Of a stretch of DNA of 64,000 nt, positions 40,108 through 55,000 are shown one piece after another (positions within the stretch are counted from its first letter, which is position 1; every line of letters begins with the position of its first letter). The notes beneath the pieces were generated by a model. It saw only the letters and a list, made by a program, of their open reading frames with translations, ran no database searches and was not told the DNA's origin. The stretch is from positions 268,832,001-268,896,000 of the forward strand of contig OZ024741.1 in assembly GCA_964016885.1 (NCBI GenBank), given 5' to 3'. Origin of the DNA: Eledone cirrhosa. Its lineage: Eukaryota. Position numbers and translations under genes: made by a program.

Positions 40108-40948
40108 AATATAATATATGTGTATGTGTACATATATATGCGTATGTGTGTGTGTATATATATATATAAAATATGTGTATGTGTACATATATATGCATAT
40201 GCGTGTGTGTATATGTATGTTTGAATATATGTGTGTGTATGTATATGTCATGTGTGTGTATATATATATATATTTATAGTAAGGGGTTAACTGAACAAGG
40301 ATGTGTGGACCACATAATGGTCTGTCGGTTGTGAAGTAGATAATATATATATATATATATATATACATCTACATACATATATGTATGCATATGATGTGTC
40401 ATCATTATCATCATCACCATTTAATGTCTATTTTCCATGTCGCATGCTGAATCCAGACTGGTCAGGTGACTAGGTCCTGCTCATACACTTTGTTTTGGCT
40501 TGGATTCTAAAACTTGATGCCCTTCCTAATGCCAACCATTTTACAGTGTGTACTGGGAGCATGTTTTCTACAGCTGGATGCCCTTTACAGCATGTATTTT
40601 ACTGTATATACTGGGAACATTTTATCGTGACTCCAGCACAACCACTTTGTAGGGTAAACTGGGTGCTGTTCATTGTGGCACCAGCATTACTCACCTTATA
40701 GGGTGTACTGGCTTTCGTAGTGGCACCAGTACTACTTCATTTCAACGCTAAAATGTTCAGTATACATAGTCATGCTGGGGAGAGGGAGATTAGTGTGGGT
40801 TGAGGCTAGGGTACAGGCATTGCATTGCTAGGGGGAAATCATGGTGGCATCCCTGAAAAAAGTGGATGCTGTCTGACATATTGTGAGGTGTGCCAGGTTT
40901 TCCTTGGTTGGGAAAGTGTTTCTATTTCATCTTTTATTTCTTTTTCTA

Positions 40949-40984
40949 TCTTCTGATGAAGTACTAGTGTAAGAAATGTAAAGA
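40949..40984 (+). ncRNA. Minimal type I hammerhead-like motif (family of 57522)
   Basis: TCTT-CTGATGA-A-GTAC TAGT GTAA-GAAA-TG-T-A-AAGA; core intact. Confidence 0.68.
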
Positions 40985-41085
40985 CTCTTTTCCTGCTATA
41001 TCAAGTATTAAACTAATATATTTCTTCATTGTACTGTTTTGTTTGGTTTGTTGTTTTCGTTTACTTTTTGCAACTCTCTCTCTAC

Positions 41086-41131
<46 letters not shown>

Positions 41132-41869
41132 CTGTATATATTCACTTTTACTTAACTAATTTAGCTATTAGCCCTTTACTTTGTACATGATTTTTTTAAA
41201 AAGAAGTTTTGAAATAAATTAATGGCTTCTTAAAATAGCCTGGTAGAAGACGTATGATTACTAAAAATGTTGTTTAGCTCCAGGTCAGCTCTGATCAAGC
41301 AAGCTATGATCAAGGGCAATTTAGTGATGACCACCTTGAATTTTTCCTATGTACAGAGGACCCAACTTGTTCATTACAATTTATGAGACAGTAGGGCATG
41401 ATTTAAGGAAAAAACGTGACTGCTATTTCTAGTAGATTGAGCGACCACATAGAGGCTCCATCCTTTGCTGGATGTGTAGAATTAGTATTGTTGTGAAAGA
41501 CAAAGAATGACAGTTGTAAATCTTATTTCACTCTTGTTTACTCAAACTAAAACAATGAGTACGGACTTTTGTAATACTACTTAACACACAAAACTCTTAT
41601 TCTACTATAAAACCACATTATTTAGCCTGTAATGGCTCCTTACTTCTTTCATATTTATATTTGTTCCTTGTAAGTGGATCACTTTTATTGTTTGTCTATT
41701 CCAATTTTATCTCTGCTCAACTACCTATTAAAACACTCACCTGAAAAGTAATTCTCTTTGTTCATCTCTTAATTAGCATCTTTATATGTTCCACTGTTCC
41801 TCTATAAATATCACATTGTACCTCTTTAGATATTACACTGTACCTCTGTGTATATACATATATACATAC

Positions 41870-43555
41870 ATTTGCTAAAATCACAGATAGCCATAGAGAA
41901 TCTATTTTCTTGAGTCACTACCCTGAAGTTAAATACAGAGAAGGAGGACTATATTGTCACTGATAAAATAGAGTATCACAAGGGTATATTTCAAGGAGAC
42001 AGTCTCTCTGTGATGTTATTTATACTGTCAGTAAACACCTTGTCCTTTATGCTGGGGAAATATGAAAGATATATAATTGGTTCACAGGAGGCTAACACAT
42101 AGCTTCTTTGTGAACGGTCTGAAGGTGTATACCAAGAATATAAATGGTATGAAAAAGGCCCCTTGACCTGGTTACAACATTTTTGAAAGATATAGGGATG
42201 GAGTTTGGCCAAGATAAATGTTCCTATATGATTGTAAAGTGAAGAAAATCTACAAGCCACTCTAGCAACATCTTTATCAATGACCTGACTGTTTCACTGG
42301 TATTTAACAAGGAATACTACAGATAATTAGGGAGAGATGAAAATATATCCTATGATGGAATTTGTAACAAGGAATGAGCAGTACACAATATGCTTGTTGT
42401 GCTTGTGCTGATACAAACGTTTAGACTACTAGATGCTAGATGAGTTTTGAGCCATTGATGTTAAACCTGAAAAGCTCTAATCGGCACTGGAAATTTCCCT
42501 ATTAATAGTGATATAAACCGCCTCTGCCTAAAACATTAATAGGGAGGCAGATACTTCACAGAATTTGAATATCACATCATACCCCTTCTACAACATCTAC
42601 AAGCCACCAAGTGTAGAGCCCATTCATAGAACAAGTCTGTCTAAATGAAGCCTATAATGTCATGAGAGTTGGAAAGGAACTCCTTGAGAAATACTCCCTG
42701 CATGATAACCAAAACTCACACCCAGAGAAATTACCCCGCAATACCGCAGTGAACCCCAAAACGAAAAGTTGTATGCTCATCAGCAAAAACGTATGTATGG
42801 GTATGGGCCAGAAAGCTTCAAAATGAGAGTAGCTAAGCAAAGGAGTCTAACTTGGACCATTAGCTCTCACTTAAAAGGACATACTCTTGTAATCCAAGAA
42901 CAGAGAATATCAATGAGATGCATGAAAGAAAAAGGGATGCAGGCAAATCACCTATATGTGACAACAGATGCAGATTCTATGGAATAAACATTGAGGATGT
43001 CACCGTCATCATAAGTAGCTGTCCAAATATGTCCTTGCGATACTATATACATATGAGGCTTGATGTAGTAGCCAAAACATTATACAATGTAATCCGTAGA
43101 AAGGATAATCCTGAGAATAAAAATATAAAAAACTACAATGATGTGACATTTATATGCATACATAATATGAAATAGTACTAGTAGAATGTTCCAGTCAAAA
43201 CCCTGATAAAATGCAAACATAAGAGAGCAGACATAGTGATATGGGACAGAGCAAAGAAGGAATGTACAACAGTGGAAATCAGCTGTCTAGCAGACGTTAA
43301 TATAATGCTAAAGATTAGTGAAAAGGAGAACATTTACACTGAACTAATGAGGAATCTGCAGATATTCCACTCTGATTATACCTTTAGATTTATACCTGTG
43401 ATAATTGGGGCTCTTGGATACATTACTAACTGCCTTGGTACAATTCTTGGCAAGCTGAGCTTCACAGAACCATAAGGAGCATGCCTAGTTAGCAAGTTGC
43501 AAATACAGTCCCTTACTGGAACTGTAAAATATGTAAAACATTTCAGAAATTCAGC
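41870..43555 (+). mobile_element. Decayed non-LTR retrotransposon with a restriction-like endonuclease (R4/Dong-type)
   Basis: GIFQGDSLS, GMEFGQDKC, decayed CCHC knuckle (SSCP...MRLDVVAK), RADIVIWDRAKKECTTVEISC, KENIY, FIPVIIGALG; many stops and frameshifts. Confidence 0.85.
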
Positions 43556-43916
43556 ATGCAATAACTGTATATACATACTGTATATACATATAGAAACATA
43601 TACATGTGTTCACATACAACTCACTACATACAGAACCACAAATGCAATAACATCGATACCAGCACACACATGCACACGCACACGCACACACACACACACA
43701 CACACAGCAATAACATCGATACCAGCACACACAGACACATTTTTTATCTAGTAAATGTTGTCTAAATTCCTATGAAAGAGTTTTGTTTCCATGTTAGAAT
43801 TTGGTTCCCTTTCTATTGGTGAACATTAATAAAATAATTGTTTCTATTTTAGGCACAAGGCCAGCAATTAGCCAGTACATTAATAAAATAATAAAAAGTG
43901 GAACTTACACACATAC

Positions 43917-43969
<53 letters not shown>

Positions 43970-44068
43970 TCCCTCTCTTCCTCTCTCTCAGAGTAGTACT
44001 TAATGCACGGTGGGATGCTGAGTTGGTATACTAATGAACTGGAGATGTGACCACGAGCTTAAGAGGTT

Positions 44069-44371
44069 TCAAGCAGGGAAAAGTTGACGTAAAATGATGA
44101 TGATGATTGTGTGAGGGCTGAGATGGTATGGACATGTGATGCGCATGGAGGATGACCGATGGGTGAAGAAGTGCCAGGAAGTCTCAGTAGAAGGAAGACG
44201 CAGTAGAGGTAGACCATGTAAAACATGGGCGGAGGTGGTGAGAGCAGACCTCAGATCGCTGAAACTCACCGAGGAGATGACGAAGGACCGTTACAAGTGG
44301 AAAGATGCTGTGCTGAATAGGACCCGTCCAACCCTTGCAAGCAGGGAAAAGCGGACGTTAAATGATGATGA
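44069..44371 (+). mobile_element. RTE LINE 3' fragment preceded by an extra isolated 3' tail
   Basis: CAAGCAGGGAAAAGTTGACGTAAAA(TGA)n, then LRWYGHVMRMEDDRWVKK...GRPCKTW and a second tail. Confidence 0.9.
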
Positions 44372-44873
44372 TATATATAAATAAAACCCCATAGAGCAAA
44401 TATTTATTATTTGTACAGATTAAAGTTTAAGCAAATAATATATATATATCATAGAGTACCTCTGAAGATATCACATTGTACCTTGTTAATTTACCCTCTC
44501 CATAACAACAACCACGCTACTCAATACAGTTACTATACACCTCAGTTTCTCTACAATCTTATACCATTATTACTAACATATACTATAAGTTACTTGATAA
44601 TTTTGTGTTGGCATTGGTACAACTTGTTAAAACATTCCTCGTTTACTTGTCTTTTCATTCACAAGTATTTAATCTGGTTAGTAAATTAGCTGTGAACATG
44701 AGATAGTGTCGAATTTAAGGTGAGAATTTAAAAGGAGGGGGTGAATGTTTCTCATGAATAAAAAAACAAAACCAGGTGAATTAACTTTGAATAGATGTCT
44801 TTGAAAATAGTGTGAAATCTACTGGTTTTTCACCACAGCTGTTTAATTGTTCTAGAAAGTTGGTTTATTATAG

Positions 44874-44920
<47 letters not shown>

Positions 44921-45093
44921 TAATAATAATAATAAATGAAAGACAGTTACTTTAGACCAACCCAATTTATATATATATATATCTATCTCTAGGGCGGGTA
45001 AAATTCCCGACATCCATAGACGAATTCTCTCCAAGAGACCAGTGTCTGTCCTTATCAACAATATATATATATACATGAATGTGTGTGTGTATG

Positions 45094-45144
<51 letters not shown>

Positions 45145-47294
45145 GAATGTGTGTCTGTATGCATGTATGTATATATATGTATATATGAATGTGTATGTAT
45201 GTATGTATAAATATATATATATATATATCATCACCGTTTTATGTCCATTTTTCCAAGCTAGTATGGATTAGACAATATATATACACACACATATATACAT
45301 ACTCTATATCAGCATCACTGGAGATGTTAAAGTTTGGTTTAGAAGGGAGTTTACTCTTGTAGGCTGCAACAAACAGTCAGAATGACAGTGAGTATGTGTG
45401 TGTGTACATGCGCACGCGTGCATACATTGGTAGACTGCAGCATGGTAGTTCATAGATAGTTTCTGTGAATACAGACTGGAACAGCATAGAAACAAGGTTT
45501 CACATATGTGCTTTCATAGGGAAGAAAAAGAAAAAAGCAGTTTTTTACTGATTCAGTTTGTTGCCTGTTTGCAAAGTGTTCACTCATTCAGACTTGTGTG
45601 AAGGAGATTGCAAGAGAGATTTTATTTACAGTCTATTTATTAAAGAATCGCTTTGTTTTGCAACACGCAGATTCTAACCAGGTGGTTGGCCTACTTAAGT
45701 ATCATGTGTTGGTCACATGACTAATATTGAGGCTGATCAAGTGCACTGCACCGGCACTACTAGTAGTAGGGAGAAGTGATTATTGTGGGGCGCCCTGGCA
45801 CAGAAGGAAACAAGAAAGGATGTCTGCAATAGTGATGGGTGGCAGCACCAACTATTTTGCATTGAGAGAGAGACAGTGAGAGAGAGAGAGAGAGAGAAAG
45901 AGGGGGAGTTAGAGGGAGAGTGATAAAGAGTGTGTGTGAAAGAGACAGACAGAGATGGGTGCTGTGAATTTAGAAGGAAATGCACGAGTGGGAAAAAAAA
46001 GACAAAAAGAGAACAATTGATTTCAGGCAGATTTTATGTTAGTCCTTGTTCATTCTTTAGGTTCGGCTCATCTGTTGTTTTCTTCTCACACCACGACCAC
46101 ATAACTATCCACCCCTCACCACTACCACCACCACTCCACCGACATTGTTATTCAGGGTACTGCTATGTACTTCATATTCTTGGGTATGGTGTGAGAGAAG
46201 CAAGAGAGTTGTATTATGAAGAGGCGCAGGGAAAATGTAGAAAACACTGTTTGCTGCAGCAGCCTGCTTTTCTCTGCTTTGTTGGCTTTTGTGTGTGTGT
46301 TTGTGTGTGTATGTGTTAGTGTTGTGTTTTCTTTTTCCCCACTAGATATCTGCTGTGCTCACTCATACTGTCCATATGTGGTGACTGTTACTGTTTTCTT
46401 ACTGACTCTGTCTGTGTAGAACAACAACAGTCTCTTTTCTTGTGGCAAAATGGGGAGTGTTAAGTGGCCGAAGTGGGCCTTCGGTCAACACTGCCTACCT
46501 CATGTTTTAATTTACCCTAATAATTCCTCATACACAAGGAATTTACAACTTGTTTATGAATTCAATGATCTTCTCCTTAACACCCACCACTGGTTTCTAA
46601 AACAGAAAATTGAAATTAAAAAAAAGAAATGGGTGACTTTTCTAGGTTTTTAAATTATTCTCATACCTTGTGTAATCATAAATGTGCACATGCGCTCCTG
46701 TACATATGCATACACCAGTATATAAAGCTGATGCAGTGTCGTTCTTTTTCACTTGCACACGTGCAGAAATGTGTACACATTTACATCTAATAGTATTTGT
46801 TATCACAGTAGTAGACAGCGAAATCTAAAGGTACTTGAATACATTGTTTTGTGCAAAATTCTGATTTATTTATTGGTTATTGATTACAAATTAGTTTTCC
46901 AATATTTGTCTTATGCAATTGAGCAGTGAGAAAGATGAGGCATGCACAACCTGAATAAGTGAAGGCTTAAGCTGTTAAGCTCCTACTATTTACACCCAAA
47001 TTTCTGCTGACGCCATTTTATATATCATGCATTTGCTTGATTATTTAAGCAGCTAAATATTCTGTTCAATTTTACTCTTCTAACTGACCACTACATGAAG
47101 GCTGGGAGTGGTCAAAAAAGGGATGATCTTTTCTTAGACATGTTTCCAGGACTAAATGATCAAGAACTGAAAAATGGTGTAGTCCAGTTGGCCTGTCACT
47201 GCACAATTGTGTGTTGTGCTGTTCAGACAGTTGGCCTGAACAACAGTTTAACGAACTGACCACCACTCCAGCTAGCTTATTACACTCTCTACAG

Positions 47295-47330
47295 ATGACC
47301 ACTTGGTTAGCACAAAACAGATATCAAAAG
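47295..47330 (+). other. Candidate 36-nt exon
   Basis: CACTCTCTACAG|ATGACC...CAAAAG|GTAAAA; length is a multiple of 3; CTGAC branch-like site ~35 nt upstream; no homology recognised. Confidence 0.25.
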
Positions 47331-48054
47331 GTAAAAAATTAATTGTATTTATGAAAGATATTTTTCTATTCAAAGTGAATTTATATAATTTCCCCTTCCT
47401 CCACCCTCAAGTGTTTTTATTTACGTATTTGCTTCCTTTATAATTTGAATGGGTTGAATTTCTTGTCTTCACAACTTTTACTTCTTTTGTAAAACAATAT
47501 ATTTTATTTTTAGTATTTCAACTGTTAATTTACCATTTGCATCAGCATTCACTCTTTATCTCTCTTTCTCAACGGTTTTCTTGGGGTTCCGATAGACTTG
47601 TGAAAAACTATAACATTCTTCAGGGCATTTCTTTGTTAGCTAATTAAATAATTTTTCTAATTGGTTTGTTTAAAATTGTGTCATTTATTCAGTTTCTAGC
47701 TTTTGTTAGCAAACATTTTAAAAGAAATTTTTATATATATATATAACAAGTGATATTTATCTAAGATATAATACAATTGACTTTGTTATAACATCATTAA
47801 AGTACCCCAGTGATATGTGTATGATTAAGAGTAGCTGTCTGGATATGAACCTCTAACAATGAACACCACAACATCACTGAACTACCATAATAACATGTCT
47901 GCATAAGAGTACATGTGGGTCCGCTTTACCATAATTTCTAAATTTATAAAAGTTTTCATATCAAGTGAAGAAGTCTAAATATAAGCAGCAGCAGTAGTAG
48001 CAGTTATTGTAGCAGTAGCAGCAGCAGCAGTATTATTATTACTATTGTTATTAT

Positions 48055-48252
48055 ATCAGTAGAGCGCCAGACACCAGGCTTTGCAGCATAGAGTTATGGC
48101 TCTTTACGTTCTGATTTCAAATCCTGCCGAGGTTAACTTTGCCTTTCATCCTTATGGGGTTGATAAAATAAAGCACCAGTAACGTACTGGGGTCAATTTA
48201 ATCGCCTTTCCCCAAATTACTGGCCTTTGTGCCTATACTAGAAATCATTATT
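48055..48252 (+). mobile_element. SINE family B, diverged copy
   Basis: GAGGTTAACTTTGCCTTTCATCCTTATGGGGTTGATAAAATAAAG core. Confidence 0.8.
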
Positions 48253-48474
48253 AGTAGTAGTAGTAGTAGCAGCAGCAGCAGCATTAGCTAAAAGTTATCA
48301 AGTTAACTGCTGTCATGCTTAACTCAGTTAAAATGTGTTTAGGATACTTTGTAGTAATGTCTGGTTGGAAAACTTGCATAATTTGAACAATTATCTTTCA
48401 AAATTTGAAGATTTGACTAACTTTTATATATGTTTCCCCAACTTTATTAAAGTATCACAAATCAATTAATTTTC

Positions 48475-48666
48475 TTAACCCTTTAACATTTACATTATTC
48501 TATATTTACTATTATATTTTCATGGTAAAGGCTTTACCTCACATAATTATCTCACATAATATCAAATCTATGAGATTTTGATATTTTTTATTTTGAGAAC
48601 AATACCATAACATCAGTATGAGCAGCTGGTTACAGCTGGTTTGAACAGAAAGAGTTAAAGGGTTAA
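48475..48666. mobile_element. TTAA-flanked MITE, paralogue of 31007-31237
   Basis: TTAACCCTTTAAC ... GTTAAAGGGTTAA. Confidence 0.75.
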
Positions 48667-49568
48667 ATCTTCCATTACAATATATTTTTAATATAAAAAA
48701 CTGCCTAGGATTTTCAATTTTTTTTTTTTTTTTAAAATAATCGAGAATTTGAAGTTATTTAGTAAAATAAGTTTATTTTCATATTATTTTCATATTATTA
48801 TAGTATTAGTGTTTGAAACTTACAAGTTCTTATGTAAAATTATTCTGGGAGGGTTTTAAATAAATATAAACACTTTAAAATGAAAGTTTTCTATCATAGA
48901 AAGAAGGGCAGGTTTTAAGTGGGTTTTCTTATCAAAAGGGTTAATGAGAATTATCAGATGTCCTCCATTTTGTAAGATCAACAACATTGTTGCTACATAA
49001 AAATAATACTGAACACGGGAGTTCCCTTATTAAGATGTATAAACCATTCATAAGGCAGGGGTCAGATTAAAATGACCAGCATTTGTCCTAGCTCACTGTG
49101 CTCTGAGTTCAAATTCTGCTGAGGTCACCTATTCCTTTTATCCTTTCGAGGTTGATCAGTACTGCATACACCTGTGGTTGAGTCTTCGTCTTTCTTTTAC
49201 TGGAAAACATCAAATGTGTTCAAACCTGGAAAGGGATGGGTTCCATCAGGTTTAAAACACTGTATCTCAAGATGGCATCCCTGCGACTCCAAGTGTTAGG
49301 AGCACTTTCACTTAAACCATTCAAGATGTTTTTCTTCATCTATCATTGTTTTATGTACTTATCTCACATTGTTAATATAGTGCTCTTATATCACATCACT
49401 TCCTTTTTCTTATGGATTACACTGAAAGAATGTTTAAACTTGTAACATCACGTACATACCACATGCTATATATATATATATGTGCATATGTGTGCATGTG
49501 CATATATTTGTGTGTGTGAACCCATCTAACCCAAGCAACCATGGAAAATAGATGTTAACTGGTGGTAA

Positions 49569-49613
<45 letters not shown>

Positions 49614-49934
49614 CACACCATACACATACACATACACACCCTCAGTCTACATGTTGACCTCTATTCCCATATCACATGCTATTGTCCTTTGTAACTGAAT
49701 CATAGCCATTTGAACATTTGAACAACAGCTTATGCATTTGCACAGTTTGTAATCTTAGAAAAAGTTATGTTGTTTACTTGTATGAAACATTTTTTTCTCT
49801 ACTTTCTGTTAATTCACTCCCCTCTCCTCTTATTCCCCCTTTACTACTCACTTATTGGCTTATAGAATCCCAATCTGTTCTAGTTACTTATTACATTCCT
49901 TCACTATACTTTTATACTTCCTCAGTTAAATATA

Positions 49935-50292
49935 CAGTGGAACCTCGGTTCACGAATACCTCTCATCACAAACAAATTGCTTCACAAACAATTTTTACCG
50001 GACATAAAATGTCTTGATTGACAAACGGTGTCTCGAGTAATAAACGCACAAGCCGGCAACAACAGATGGTGACAAGTTGGGAATATAGTGAGAAAGTCAC
50101 TTGCTGTGTAGTTAGTTACTATGGTGATATATATGTTTTTCACACACAGTCTCTCTTTCACTCTCTCTCTCTCTTTCTCTATTTTGATTGAGAAAAAAAT
50201 AGTTTTGGTTTATGAATATTTCGGTTTATGAATATTTCGGATGATGAATGGTCTTCAGGAAGTAATTAAGATCGTGAACTGAGGTTTCACTG
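49935..50292. mobile_element. Tigger/pogo-like MITE
   Basis: TIRs CAGTGGAACCTCGGTTCACGA / TCGTGAACTGAGGTTTCACTG; TA on the left, TG on the right. Confidence 0.8.
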
Positions 50293-51198
50293 TGTATGAT
50301 ACTCAACACCAGCACTACATCTTGACCATCTATTCTTTTAGATTACTTTTTAGCCTTTCACACCAACTGGCATATGTAATTTATATGGTTTATCGCTCTG
50401 ATCAATTGACAAGATCCCAGAACTCATTTGCTTGCCAAGTGGGGTGGACCTCGTCAAATCGGACCAAAGAAACGTTTCAATTGGTCTTTCCATTGCTAAA
50501 TGGTTTATATTTTATGTATTTATGACTGAATTTATATGAAATTCATTTTGATTTCTCATTGTCTCCATTTCTTAGTGTTGTTTCATGAGAAATAGAAGAC
50601 TTTCTAAGAACCCATAGCATCATTACTTATTCTAAGTTTCATATTATAGACACTGTATCAGTCTTTTGTTGTTGTTGTTAGTTTTCTAAGTGCTGACAGC
50701 TGGCATCAGTTCATTAGATCTTCTCTCTGATTAATCCAATAATTATTTCATACATTTTCTACTTCACTAAATAATAAAGATTCTTTGCAGTGAAAGTCTA
50801 ATTCAATTAGAAAGGCAACTGCCACATATTTGCATTGTTCACATGTATTGTTGTAATAAAGTTTTATCTCTATATATGCAGAAATTGAGTTAACTGAGGC
50901 AGCGTAAATGACTATATAAATTTTTCATATCTTTAAATTATCAACATGTAAACATACCAAATATAGGTATTTCACTATGAATTCAAAAAAAAAAAAAAAA
51001 ATATGATAAATAACTTTAATCGATTTTTTTTTTACCTAATTGGGCCCTCATCACAAGGTATGTTTATTATCTAATCACCCATAAGGAAATATGTAACCAT
51101 ACAGGTTATATACTTTATCACTTATAGTAGTATCCTGAAATAGATGTACTAATTTGCACGGAATTAGCATTCGTGTTGGTAGTTAATTAATATATATA

Positions 51199-51965
51199 CA
51201 GGGTGCGAACGATATTTGTTCGCAAGATTACTGGCTAGGAAATAAATAACACAGTAGTTTTATTTTTTAAGATTTATTTATCAAACTTGCGTCAGTTTGT
51301 CTTTATGACTTGTTCTTTCGATCTCACTCAATAAACCCGCCATTGGCTTTGATGACAGCCTCAAGGCGGCCTCGGAACCAGCTACAGGCCCTCGTCACTG
51401 TCCCCCGACTTAGGCAATTGTGATCCTGGCCTTCAGACCGTCTTTTGTATTGCAGCTAGATCTGTTGGTGTCTCGTTCCACTGCGCCCCACACAAAGAAG
51501 TCGAGGGGGTTGCAGTCAGGCGAGCTAGGAGGCCAGATGCCAGGTGAAGTGTGGTCAACGAAGTTCTCTGACAGCCAGGCTTGGGTCTTTCGGCTGGTAT
51601 GGCAGGGTGTTGAGACTTGCTGCCATACGTATGGCCTATCTGCAGCTACCTGGTCGAGCCAGGGCTTTACTACCTCGCTAAGTATGCGGATGTAGCCATC
51701 GGTGTTCAGCTTGAGGCCCTCAGGGAAGAAGTGAGGTGGTATGACGTCACCTTGACTGCTGACTACACCTAAGACCACTCTTGTCGCTGGAAACTTTGTC
51801 TGCATGACTCTAGGCATGTCTTTGGATGAGACAGCGAGCCACCTGTTGTTCTGGGAGTTGATCTTCTGGTCTTGGCAGAAGTTTTTTCTCGTCGGAGAAA
51901 AACCACAGCATGTCTGGCTCCAGTGGGTGTTTCAACTTGTTGATCAGCTTCTATGCGTGCTTCAG
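51199..51965 (-). mobile_element. Tc1/mariner DD37D (maT-type) transposase remnant with one terminal repeat
   Basis: FFSDEK, VWQQ(V)STPCH, WPPSSPDCNPLDFFVWG. There are 37 residues between the second acidic position (mutated D>V) and the third D. End is TA|CAGGGTG; the 5' half is missing. Confidence 0.9.
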
Positions 51966-51967
51966 TC

Positions 51968-53837
51968 TAGAATTGACTGTATAACATTACTGTGTATATA
52001 TTAGAGGTGGCTGTATAACATTACTGTGTATATATTAGAGGTGGCTGTAGAACATTACTGTGCATATATTAGAATTGACTGTATAACATTACTGTGTATC
52101 TATTAGAGGTGGCTGTATAACATTACTGTGTATATATTAGAATTGACTGTATAACATTACTGTGTATATATTAGAGGTGGCTGTATAACATTACTGTGTA
52201 TATATTAGAGGTGGCTGTATAACATTACTGTGTATATATTAGAATTGACTGTATACCATTACTGTGTATATATTAGAGGTGGCTGTATAACATTACTGTG
52301 TATATATTAGAGGTGGCTGTATAACATTACTGTGCATATATTAGAATTGACTGTATAACATTACTGTGTATATATTAGAGGCGGCTGTATATAATTACTG
52401 TGTATATATTAGAATTGACTGTATAACATTACTGTGTATATATTAGAATTGACTGTATAACATTACTGTGTATATATTAGAGGTGGCTGTATAACATTAT
52501 TGTGTATATATTAGAGGTGGCTGTATAACATTACTGTGTATATATTAGAATTGACTGTATAACATTACTGTGTATATATTAGAATTGACTGTATAATATT
52601 ACTGTGTATATATTAGAGGTGGCTGTATAACATTACTGTGTATATATTAGAGCTGGCTGTATAACATTACTGTGTATATATTAGAATTGACTGTATAATA
52701 TCACTGTGTATATATTAGAGGTGGCTGTATAACATTACTGTGTATATATTAGAGGTGGCTGTATAACATTACTGTGTATATATTAGAGGTGGCTGTATAA
52801 CATTACTGTGCATATATTAGAATTGACTGTATAACATTACTGTGCATATATTAGAATTAACTGTATAACATTACTGTGTATATATTAGAATTGGCTGTAT
52901 AACATTACTGTGTATATATTAGAGGTGGCTGTATAACATTACTGTGCATATATTAGAATTGACTGTATAACATTACTGTGCATATATTAGAATTGACTGT
53001 ATAACATTACTGTGTATATATTAGAGGTGGCTGTATAACATTACTGTGTATATATTAGAATTGACTGTATAACATTACTGTGTATATATTAGAATTGACT
53101 GTATAACATTACTGTGTATATATTAGAGGTGGCTGTATAACATTACTGTGCATATATTAGAGGTGGCTGTATAACATTACTGTGTATATATTAGAATTGA
53201 CTGTATAACATTACTGTGTATATATTAGAGGTGGCTGTATAACATTACTGTGTATATATTAGAGGTGGCTGTATAACATTACTGTGTATATATTAGATGT
53301 GGCTGTATAACATTACTGTGTATATATTAGAATTGACTCTATAACATTACTGTGTATATATTAGAATTGACTGTATAACATTACTGTGCATATATTAGAG
53401 GTGGCTGTATAACATTACTGTGTATATATTAGAGCTGGCTGTATAACATTACTGTGTATATATTAGAGCTGGCTGTATAACATTACTGTGTATATATTAG
53501 AGGTGGCTGTATAACATTACTGTGTATATATTAGAGGTGGCTGTATAACATTACTGTGTATATATTAGAGGTGGCTGTATAACATTACTGTGTATATATT
53601 AGAGGTGGCTGTATAACATTACTGTGTATATATTAGAGGTGGCTGTATAACATTACTGTGTATATATTAGAATTGGCTGTATAACATTGTGTATATATTA
53701 GAGGTGGCTGTATAACATTACTGTGTATATATTAGAGGTGGCTGTATAACATTACTGTGTATATATTAGAGGTGGCTGTATAACATTACTGTGTATATAT
53801 TAGAGGTGGCTCTATAACATACTGTGTATATATTAGA
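51968..53837. repeat. 34-bp minisatellite (TATAACATTACTGTGTATATATTAGAGGTGGCTG / ...AGAATTGACTG), ~55 copies
   Basis: Direct reading. Confidence 0.97.
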
Positions 53838-54356
53838 AAATTTACATGATTACGTTTCTCTAATTCTATAGATCCCTAATATAATTAATGTTTGATTATG
53901 AAGGTATTACATGCACACCAGTCTATATATTTACATAAATTGTGGTGCTAAGTACATAGCAGTCCTTAACTTAAACTTTAACTTACTAGCTACAGTTCAC
54001 AATGTAGATTTACATATAAATCTTGATGCTTTTCATAATTTTCTTGACCTAAACTATTACACATTGACATGAAACCTCTCTCAATCTAAACACTATATAT
54101 TAAACTATATATTAAACTGTATTATACAAGACATAAGGCGGCGAATAAGCAGAGTTGTTAGGATGTCGGATAGAGTGTTTTGTGGTATTTGGTCTGGCTC
54201 TCTGCTCTCTCAGTTCAAATGCCCACCAAGGTCAACTTTGACTTTCATCTTTTCGAGGTCGATAAAAAGTACCAGTCAGTACTGTTCTATCTATACAATA
54301 TATAGCAAAATTAAAATCCTGCAGTGACAATTTTTAATTTAGAATATGAAAACTTT

Positions 54357-54578
54357 GTATATACTTGAATATAAGGTGAACAGAATATAAGTTTGGGCTG
54401 GAGGTGAGGTGGGGTGGGGTGGGTATTTTATGCCTGAGAAGTAGGCAAAAATGTAAACCCGATATATAAACCAAGGCAGCTAATCAACACAATATTTAGA
54501 TGGTGTATATAAGCCAACCTCCCATTTTACCATTTATTTTTTGGTTGCATATTCCTCGGCTTATATTTGAGTATATAC
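54357..54578. mobile_element. Degenerate Tc1/mariner-type MITE
   Basis: TIR-like GTATATACTTGAATATAAG / CTTATATTTGAGTATATAC; related pieces near 4890 and 62380. Confidence 0.6.
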
Positions 54579-55000
54579 GCTATATAACAGAAAAACCATA
54601 ATCTCTTACGACTATATATCTATCATGAACAAATTTAGCTTCATACTGAAACTACAAAATATTAACTTAAATCATATCTAGATTGGAAAGACTAATAATC
54701 TGAAACTGTCCAACAAACATATAATAAAAAAAAAAATGATTTAAAAAAAGTATACAAAAAGAAAAGTTGCATAGTGATTTCTTGTTGCAACATAAGAGTA
54801 GGTTGGGGGGCATTGGCCATTCTCCTGCCACTGCTGTGTCTCTGTTCAATAATAATTTCTATCAATTTCATAACTAAGCCACAAAACAATACTTCTGACT
54901 CTTGTTAGACACAGTTTCAGTGAAGAAACAAGATTTTCTCTGACTATACACACATAAAGAAATGATTTCTACAGACCAAAATTGTTTCATATATATAATA

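Noticed and set aside
51968-53837. CRISPR-like regular array (also 1-870 and 61194-61780)
   Set aside because: Head-to-tail units with no unique spacers, no cas genes, and a eukaryotic context.
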